Part shown: positions 58,082-64,000 of the stretch, piece by piece
How the letters are laid out: every line of letters begins with the position of its first letter
How positions within the stretch are numbered: the stretch's first letter is position 1
DNA from: Desulfobacteraceae bacterium
Lineage (GTDB): Bacteria > Desulfobacterota > Desulfobacteria > Desulfobacterales > RPRI01
Length of the DNA: 64,000 nt
Assembly: GCA_011391695.1 (NCBI GenBank)
Contig: JAABQB010000008.1
Coordinates: 2,719 to 66,718, forward strand
Reading direction: 5' to 3'
Made by a program: the position numbers and the translations under genes
Notes under the pieces: generated by a model
Database searches by the model: none
Seen by the model: the letters and a program-made list of their open reading frames with translations, nothing else
Told to the model about the DNA's origin: nothing

Positions 58082-59017
58082 ATGATACTTATTGATGATA
58101 TTAACTCGATTACAAAACCGTTTGACAACGCTGTGATAACGATAGGTAATTTTGATGGTGTTCATTTAGGACACCAGGCTCTTTTCCATGAAGTTATTGA
58201 AAAGGCGGATGCCATAAACGGAACTTCAATAGCCATGACATTTAACCCTCATCCTGTGAGAGTCTTAAAACAGAACGGACATCCCCCGCTTATCACTGTT
58301 CACGAACAAAAGACAGAACTTATCGAAAAGACAGGTATCGACGTTTTGATCTGCATTCCTTTTACTTTTGATTTTGCATCAATATCGGCAGAGGATTTTG
58401 TAAGGGATCTTCTTGTTAAACGAATTGGGATGAAGGCAATTGTTGTCGGGAAAGACTACACTTTCGGGAAAAACCGTGAAGGAAATCTCGAATTTTTAAA
58501 GAGATACGCAAAGGAACATGACTTTGAAGTAATAGTAACCAACTGGATACCGATTTCAAACAACCTGCAGGGGCGTATCAGCAGCACAAAAATACGTGAA
58601 CTGGTGACAGACGGAAAAGTTGCCGAAGCCCAGCATCTTCTTGGCCGTTATTATCAGGTAAGAGGAACTGTCATGACCGGACGGAACAGGGGCGGGAGAC
58701 TTCTCGGATTTCCTACGGCAAACATAAAACTGCAGGATGAGCTTTGTCCCAAAACAGGAGTTTATGCCGTAACCGTCGAATACATGGAATCCAAGTATAA
58801 GGGTGTGGCGAATATAGGGTACAGCCCGACATTTGAGGATAATATTTTTACTGTTGAAGTTCATATTCTCGATTTCAACGAAAACTTATACGGATGTCAT
58901 ATCAGGGTAAATTTCATCAGCAGGATCAGGGATGAATTGAAATTTGCCGGTATTGATCAGCTTTCCGAACAGATAAGGAAAGATATAGATAAGGCGCGAA
59001 GGATATTGTCTCTGTAG
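58082..59017 (+). CDS. ribF: Bifunctional riboflavin kinase / FAD synthetase
   Basis: IGNFDGVHLGH, ISSTKIR, RGGRLLGFPTAN, NIGYSPTF, EVHILDF. Confidence 0.96.
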   Translation: MILIDDINSITKPFDNAVITIGNFDGVHLGHQALFHEVIEKADAINGTSIAMTFNPHPVRVLKQNGHPPLITVHEQKTELIEKTGIDVLICIPFTFDFASISAEDFVRDLLVKRIGMKAIVVGKDYTFGKNREGNLEFLKRYAKEHDFEVIVTNWIPISNNLQGRISSTKIRELVTDGKVAEAQHLLGRYYQVRGTVMTGRNRGGRLLGFPTANIKLQDELCPKTGVYAVTVEYMESKYKGVANIGYSPTFEDNIFTVEVHILDFNENLYGCHIRVNFISRIRDELKFAGIDQLSEQIRKDIDKARRILSL

Positions 59018-59031
59018 CCGTAAATAATATA

Positions 59032-60117
59032 ATGAACAGAAACACAGCCATCTCCCTTTTCATTGGAACTGCAATCTCTGTTGCAGCATTATACTTTGCC
59101 TTCAGGAATATTCCCCTTGATGATCTGTTCATATACCTTTCTTCCATAAACTATTTCTGGATAATCCCGGCTGTTGCGGTAAGCCTTTCAACTTTTATCA
59201 TAAGGGCATTAAGATGGCAGTCAATACTTGAACCTGTCCGGAAAATAAGCTTTATAAAGGCATTTCATCCCCTCATGACAGGCTTTATGTTAAACTGCAT
59301 ACTTCCGGGAAGAATAGGAGAGGCGGCAAGGCCTGCCATCCTGATGAAAAACGAAAATGTGCCTTTTTCGACAGGGGTGGCAACGGTCGCTGTTGACCGG
59401 ATATTCGATATTCTTTTTTTATTTATTCTTTTCACGGCCATAATGGCTGGCATAAGAATTGATCCTGAACTTACTGTTGATTTCGGAGGATACCGGCTGA
59501 ATAACGCGGATCTGATTACTGCAGGTAAAAATCTCGCCGTAACAGGCGCGATAATTGTTGCGGGCATTATTTTTATTTTTTCAGGTAAATCCAGAAAATA
59601 CATAGGTTTTATCATCATGAAATTACCTGCTGTTTTCTTCCTTGCAGGCTCAGCTTTCAAAAAGAAGATAGAAAATAAAATCTCTCTTCCAGCTCTTCAA
59701 ATCCTTGAAAATTTTTCAAACGGTTTTTTGCTGATAAAACACCCCCGGACAATATTGATATCTTCCTGCTACACTCTCGCAATCTGGATTCTTACCGCCC
59801 TTTCGTATTACCTGATGGCACTCGGCTGCCCGGGAATCAATCTCTCATTCATGGAACTTACCGCTGTCATGATTATAGTCTGTTTTTTCATAGCTCTTCC
59901 TTCCGCACCCGGTTACTGGGGTCTCTGGGAAGCAGGCGGTATTTTTGCAATGTCTCTTTTTGGGATTTCAGCAAAGGAAGCGGCTGGCTTTACTCTGACA
60001 AATCACGTAATACAAATGGTTCCGGTAATCATAATCGGTCTTGTTTCAGCAATAATAACGGGGGTAAATATACGATATTTCAATAAATCAGACAAAACAA
60101 TAAAGATGGACTCATAA
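59032..60117 (+). CDS. Lysylphosphatidylglycerol-synthase TM domain (UPF0104 flippase-like) protein
   Basis: RALRWQ, GFMLNCILPGRIGE, DRIFD, PSAPGYWG; multi-TM. Confidence 0.85.
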   Translation: MNRNTAISLFIGTAISVAALYFAFRNIPLDDLFIYLSSINYFWIIPAVAVSLSTFIIRALRWQSILEPVRKISFIKAFHPLMTGFMLNCILPGRIGEAARPAILMKNENVPFSTGVATVAVDRIFDILFLFILFTAIMAGIRIDPELTVDFGGYRLNNADLITAGKNLAVTGAIIVAGIIFIFSGKSRKYIGFIIMKLPAVFFLAGSAFKKKIENKISLPALQILENFSNGFLLIKHPRTILISSCYTLAIWILTALSYYLMALGCPGINLSFMELTAVMIIVCFFIALPSAPGYWGLWEAGGIFAMSLFGISAKEAAGFTLTNHVIQMVPVIIIGLVSAIITGVNIRYFNKSDKTIKMDS

Positions 60118-60130
60118 AATTCCATAATCA

Positions 60131-60256
60131 GACGGCAAAGTAAAAAGCTCATTATGCAAAGCGCGCGAATCTTGAGGAATGAAGCGTACATTTTGGTACG
60201 CTGCAATGACGAAAGGTGAAGCGCAACACAGCAGAATGACTTTTTAATAAGCCGTC
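60131..60256. mobile_element. 126-bp MITE/REP-like element with GACGGC-N5-AAAAAG termini
   Basis: GACGGCAAAGTAAAAAGCTC ... GACTTTTTAATAAGCCGTC; internal AGCGTAC/GTACGCT hairpin. Confidence 0.6.
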
Positions 60257-60277
60257 AATAAATGACGGAGTTTAACT

Positions 60278-60793
60278 ATGGCGCTACTTAACATACTTGC
60301 ATATCCGGATAAATTCCTGGCAAAAAAAGCAAAAACTGTTACAAATATAGACGGCGCTCTTCAGAAAATTATAGATGACATGGTTGAGACCATGTACGAT
60401 GCGCCCGGAATCGGTCTTGCGTCAATCCAGATAGGATGTGATAAGAGCATTATTGTATATGACCTGCGTTACGGTGAAAATGAACGTTCTCCCCAGGTTT
60501 TTCTGAATCCTAAAATCATTGAAACAAGCGGAGAAATCGTTTCAGAAAATGAGGGGTGCCTGAGTGTGCCGGATTTCAGGTCTGATGTAAAAAGGTCGGC
60601 ATCCGTTATCGTTGAAGCTCTTGACAGAGAAGGAAAACCTTTAAAGATAGAAGCTGAAGAACATCACGCGATTGTTCTGCAGCATGAAATTGATCATCTG
60701 AATGGAATATTGTTTATTAACAGGGTAAGCACTTTGAAACGTGAACTTTATAAAAGACACATCAAAAAACAGTTGAAGCAGGATGATAACTAG
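60278..60793 (+). CDS. def: Peptide deformylase
   Basis: GIGLA, EGCLS, QHEIDHLNG. Confidence 0.97.
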   Translation: MALLNILAYPDKFLAKKAKTVTNIDGALQKIIDDMVETMYDAPGIGLASIQIGCDKSIIVYDLRYGENERSPQVFLNPKIIETSGEIVSENEGCLSVPDFRSDVKRSASVIVEALDREGKPLKIEAEEHHAIVLQHEIDHLNGILFINRVSTLKRELYKRHIKKQLKQDDN

Positions 60794-61724
60794 GCAAAAA
60801 GTCATATTCATGGGCACTCCTGAATTTGCGGTACCGTCATTAAAAGCCCTGTATAATTCCGGCTATGAGGTTGCCCTTGTCGTAACACAGCCCGACCGTC
60901 CGCGAGGAAGAGGTCAGAAGGTACATTTTTCTCCGATAAAAGAGGCCGCTCTTGAGCTCGGATATGATATTCTCCAGCCATTATCAGTCAGAACTCCCGA
61001 ATTTTATAAAAGAGCGGCCGCTCTTTCTTCTGATATATTTGTTGTCGTTGCTTTCGGACATATCCTGCCGAAAACAGTTCTTTCAATTCCTCAAAAGGGA
61101 GCAATCAATCTTCATGCTTCCCTTCTTCCTAAATACCGGGGTCCTGCGCCGATTCAGAGAGCAATAATAAATATGGATAAAGAGACCGGCGTAACTGCCA
61201 TGCTGATGAACGAAGGACTCGATACCGGCGATATCCTGTTGTCCACCAAAACCAAAATCTCCTCGAAGGAAACCTCGTCTTCGCTGCATGATCGCCTCTC
61301 CCGGATAGCGGGAGACCTGCTGATAATGACTTTATCAGGTATCGGCACAAACAGCATAAAACCCGTACCGCAGGATAATTCTCTTGCCACATATGCCCCG
61401 ATGCTCAAGAAAAAAGACGGGCTTATAGACTGGTCAAAACCTGCCGAAGAGATAGAAGCATTCATACGCGGTATGACACCGTGGCCCGGCGCATTCACGT
61501 TTGTCGGAAGCAGAAGGTTAAAATTATTTGCTTCCGATGTGGTCTATATCGATTCAAAAGAAGATCCAGGAACGGTTACCGGAGAAGCACGGGATAAATT
61601 GTGGATTGCAACAGGAAAATATCTTTTATCAATTAAAGAAATACAGGAAGAATCAGGGAAACGGCTTTCCATAAAAGATTATCTGCGCGGGAGCATTATT
61701 TCCACCGGAATAATCCTCGGTTAA
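60783..61724 (+). CDS. fmt: Methionyl-tRNA formyltransferase
   Basis: FMGTPEFA, TQPDRPRGRG, NLHASLLPKYRG.AP, GLDTGD. Confidence 0.97.
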   Translation: MITRQKVIFMGTPEFAVPSLKALYNSGYEVALVVTQPDRPRGRGQKVHFSPIKEAALELGYDILQPLSVRTPEFYKRAAALSSDIFVVVAFGHILPKTVLSIPQKGAINLHASLLPKYRGPAPIQRAIINMDKETGVTAMLMNEGLDTGDILLSTKTKISSKETSSSLHDRLSRIAGDLLIMTLSGIGTNSIKPVPQDNSLATYAPMLKKKDGLIDWSKPAEEIEAFIRGMTPWPGAFTFVGSRRLKLFASDVVYIDSKEDPGTVTGEARDKLWIATGKYLLSIKEIQEESGKRLSIKDYLRGSIISTGIILG

Positions 61725-61763
61725 TCCTTTAGAGTGCTTAAATCTTAAGTACTTCAATAAGTT

Positions 61764-61928
61764 ATGCCAGTCAAAATCGGGGAAGTTGAAAGTATAATAA
61801 AATCCATGATAAAATTATTAGAAAACAAACACTTGAACCCTGCCGAAGGCCCGCCAATCTTTATAGCGGGAATCCCCGAACCCTTGAACCCTTTTCTTCA
61901 ACTGATTGGGAGAAGAACCTTAATATGA
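61764..61928 (+). pseudogene. 3' remnant of a putative four-helix-bundle gene plus family 1 right arm (copy e)
   Basis: KIGEVESIIKSMIKLLENKHLNP followed by TTGAACCC units. The frame runs to a TGA overlapping the rsmB ATG. Confidence 0.55.
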
Positions 61929-63280
61929 ATGATGCCCGAGGCCTTGCCCTTCATATCTTAAACACGCTCGATAAGAGCGATAAGACTCTTGACATCATTC
62001 TGGACGAGTTTCAGAAGGATCTTCTTCTTCCGAAAAGAGAAAGGGCTCTATTTAACGCTATTATATATGGTGTTTTAAGGTGGAGAAACAGGCTCGACTG
62101 GATAATAAGTCATCTTTCCAAGCTGCGCATCAATAAAACTAAGCCTGAAGTTTTAAATATTCTGCGCATCGGTCTTTTCCAGATAATTTATTTAAACAGG
62201 ATACCTGTTTCTGCGGCAGTAAACACTTCTGTTGAAATGGCAAAACATTCGGCAGGAGAACGCGGTGCAGGATATGTTAACGCCATATTACGGAAAGCAT
62301 CAAGGGAGTACGAAACCTTTCTTTTTCCGGATAATGTGAAAAAACCTGAACATGTCCTGTCCGTCAGCAAATCATTTCCTGGGTGGATGATAAAAAGATG
62401 GATCAAGCTTTTAGGAAAAAGCCGGACAATTGAGATGTGTGATGCCATTAATGAAATTCCCCCGATTACTATAAGAGCTAACACTCTTAAAACAAACCGT
62501 CGGGAATTAATCATCTGCATGGAATCGGATGTACGGAATATCAGGCCGACTGTTCATTCTGCGTTCGGAGTCTCTTTTTCAAATCCGGTAAAGAGCATTC
62601 ATGAAATGGAAGCCTTTAAAAAAGGCTGGTTCCAGGTTCAGGATGAAGCCGCTCAGCTTGTTACCATGCTCCTTGATCCAGGCCCCGGAGATTCGGTTCT
62701 CGATGCATGTGCCGGGCTTGGCGGTAAAACAGGACATATCGGTCAGTTGATGAAAAACAGCGGAAAGATAACAGCCCTCGATATCGATAAGGGCAGACTG
62801 GACAAGCTGAACAGTGAAATGGAAAGGCTTGGCATCACAAATGTTAAAACAGTTAGAGACGATATAGGTAATCCTCTCTTATTAAAAAACTATTTCGGAC
62901 ATTTCGACCGGATTCTCCTCGATGCCCCCTGCTCGAACATGGGTGTCCTTCGCAGGAACCCTGACGTAAAATGGAAGCTGCAGGAGAAAAATCTTATTCC
63001 ATACGGGAAAAGGCAGCTTCTTTTTCTTGATAACCTCGCAAACCTGTTGAAACCGTCGGGGATAATGGTATATGCCGTATGCAGCAACGAACCGGAAGAA
63101 AACGAAGAGGTCATAAAAGAATTTTTGATAAAGCGCCCTGATTTTGGTATTGATAATAAAGCGCTTTATCTGCCTTATAGTTTCGGCGCGTTATTGAACA
63201 GCAGCGGGTTTATTAAAACGTACCCACATATTAATAACATGGACGGTTTTTTTTCAGTCCGCCTGGTACGGCTGAAGTGA
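61925..63280 (+). CDS. rsmB: 16S rRNA m5C967 methyltransferase (NusB-RsmB)
   Basis: N-terminal NusB-like domain, VQDEAAQ, DACAGLGGKT, LLDAPCS, YAVCS. Confidence 0.95.
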   Translation: MNDARGLALHILNTLDKSDKTLDIILDEFQKDLLLPKRERALFNAIIYGVLRWRNRLDWIISHLSKLRINKTKPEVLNILRIGLFQIIYLNRIPVSAAVNTSVEMAKHSAGERGAGYVNAILRKASREYETFLFPDNVKKPEHVLSVSKSFPGWMIKRWIKLLGKSRTIEMCDAINEIPPITIRANTLKTNRRELIICMESDVRNIRPTVHSAFGVSFSNPVKSIHEMEAFKKGWFQVQDEAAQLVTMLLDPGPGDSVLDACAGLGGKTGHIGQLMKNSGKITALDIDKGRLDKLNSEMERLGITNVKTVRDDIGNPLLLKNYFGHFDRILLDAPCSNMGVLRRNPDVKWKLQEKNLIPYGKRQLLFLDNLANLLKPSGIMVYAVCSNEPEENEEVIKEFLIKRPDFGIDNKALYLPYSFGALLNSSGFIKTYPHINNMDGFFSVRLVRLK

Positions 63281-63319
63281 TTATAAAGGAAGGATCACCT
63301 CCAAAAAAGTTGGTGATCC

Positions 63320-63396
63320 TGGATTCAAGGGGTCGAGGATTCGAGGGTTCAAACAAAAGGCTGACAAATTATAACGAATTTTATAAAATAACCGAA
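63320..63396 (+). repeat. Left arm of family 1 element (copy f)
   Basis: TGGATTCA AGGGGTCG AGGATTCG AGGGTTCA, then a short frame LTNYNEFYKITE. Confidence 0.65.
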
Positions 63397-63419
63397 ATGC
63401 TTACACTTGGAGATAGAAC

Positions 63420-64000
63420 ATGAAACTGATAGCGCCTTCAATATTATCCGCCGACTTCTCACGGCTTGGAGAAGAGATCGAATCGGTTGAAAAAGCAGGA
63501 GCCGACTGGATCCATGTTGATGTGATGGACGGGCATTTCGTTCCGAACATAACCATGGGGCCCCTTGTTGTTGAAGCCGCCAGGCGGGTTTCTTCACTTC
63601 CGATCGATGTGCATCTTATGATAGAAAACGCGGACCGTTTCATACCTGATTTTGCCAGAGCGGGAGCTTCGTTTATCTCGGTGCAGGTTGAAGCGTGCAC
63701 TCATCTGAACAGAACGATACAGCTTATTAAGGAGCTTGGCGTAAAACCCGGTGTAGCGCTTAACCCGGCCACTCCCCTTTCAGCGATCGAATGGGTGCTC
63801 GAACATATTGACTTTGTCCTTATCATGAGCGTCAATCCAGGCTTCAGCGGGCAGGCCTTTATCAGAAACAGCATCGATAAAATTAAAGACCTTTCAGAAA
63901 TAATAAATAAAAAAGGCATTTCAACTCTTATTGAGGTTGACGGAGGAGTCAACAAGGATACCATAAAAGACATTTCCATTGCAGGGGCCAATGTTTTCGT
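63420..64000 (+). CDS. rpe: Ribulose-phosphate 3-epimerase, 3' truncated by window edge
   Basis: IAPSILSADF, HVDVMDGHFVPN, DVHLM, MSVNPGF, EVDGGV. Confidence 0.97.
   Translation, partial: MKLIAPSILSADFSRLGEEIESVEKAGADWIHVDVMDGHFVPNITMGPLVVEAARRVSSLPIDVHLMIENADRFIPDFARAGASFISVQVEACTHLNRTIQLIKELGVKPGVALNPATPLSAIEWVLEHIDFVLIMSVNPGFSGQAFIRNSIDKIKDLSEIINKKGISTLIEVDGGVNKDTIKDISIAGANVF

Noticed and set aside
61728-61760. AGAGTGCTTAAA/TTAAGTACTT as a further repeat family
   Set aside because: Too short, degenerate and single-copy in this window to support.
23389-63396. 8-mer repeat clusters as CRISPR or VNTR arrays
   Set aside because: Units are 8 nt, contiguous without spacers and arranged as inverted arms. 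No cas genes are present.
537-63991. Numerous 60-200 aa antisense or alternate-frame ORFs in the track
   Set aside because: They lie within well-supported genes and lack RBS or motifs; treated as shadow ORFs. No evidence of programmed frameshift or Sec/Pyl readthrough was seen.

Overview
Mostly core chromosome of an anaerobic deltaproteobacterium (gene content and order suggest Desulfobacterales; this is inference). It holds ispD, rnpB, nif3, rpoD-dnaG, hisA/hisB, murJ, rpsT, leuS, an Rne/Rng RNase, purB-yajC-secDF-dprA-topA, an attenuator-controlled ilvD-ilvB-ilvN-ilvC-cimA-leuA operon, pyrD, pilC, a DHH-CBS tRNA nucleotidyltransferase, trpS-scpAB, ribF, def-fmt-rsmB-rpe and four tRNAs (Ile2-CAT, Ala-CGC, Val-CAC, Leu-CAG). 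A ~6.5 kb accessory island lies between convergent tRNA-Val and tRNA-Leu. It carries a flavin oxidoreductase, a HEAT-repeat/HD-GYP pair sharing an unnamed N-terminal domain, and a phd-vapC module next to an attC-like half site. The main unexplained structure is intergenic. (1) Two families of short-unit inverted-repeat elements at gene junctions enclose what look like the first or last codons of four-helix-bundle (bAvd/IVP-like) genes, i.e. possible scars of a deleted cassette. (2) An IS5-like MITE occurs three times, always next to a tRNA, and once carries a nested second element. (3) A stand-alone YcaO-TPR enzyme is followed by an unannotated 48-aa four-cysteine microprotein. (4) An HPr domain is fused to a ~340-aa unknown domain. 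No CRISPR array or intact transposase/integrase was seen. Family assignments come from motif recognition, not database searches.
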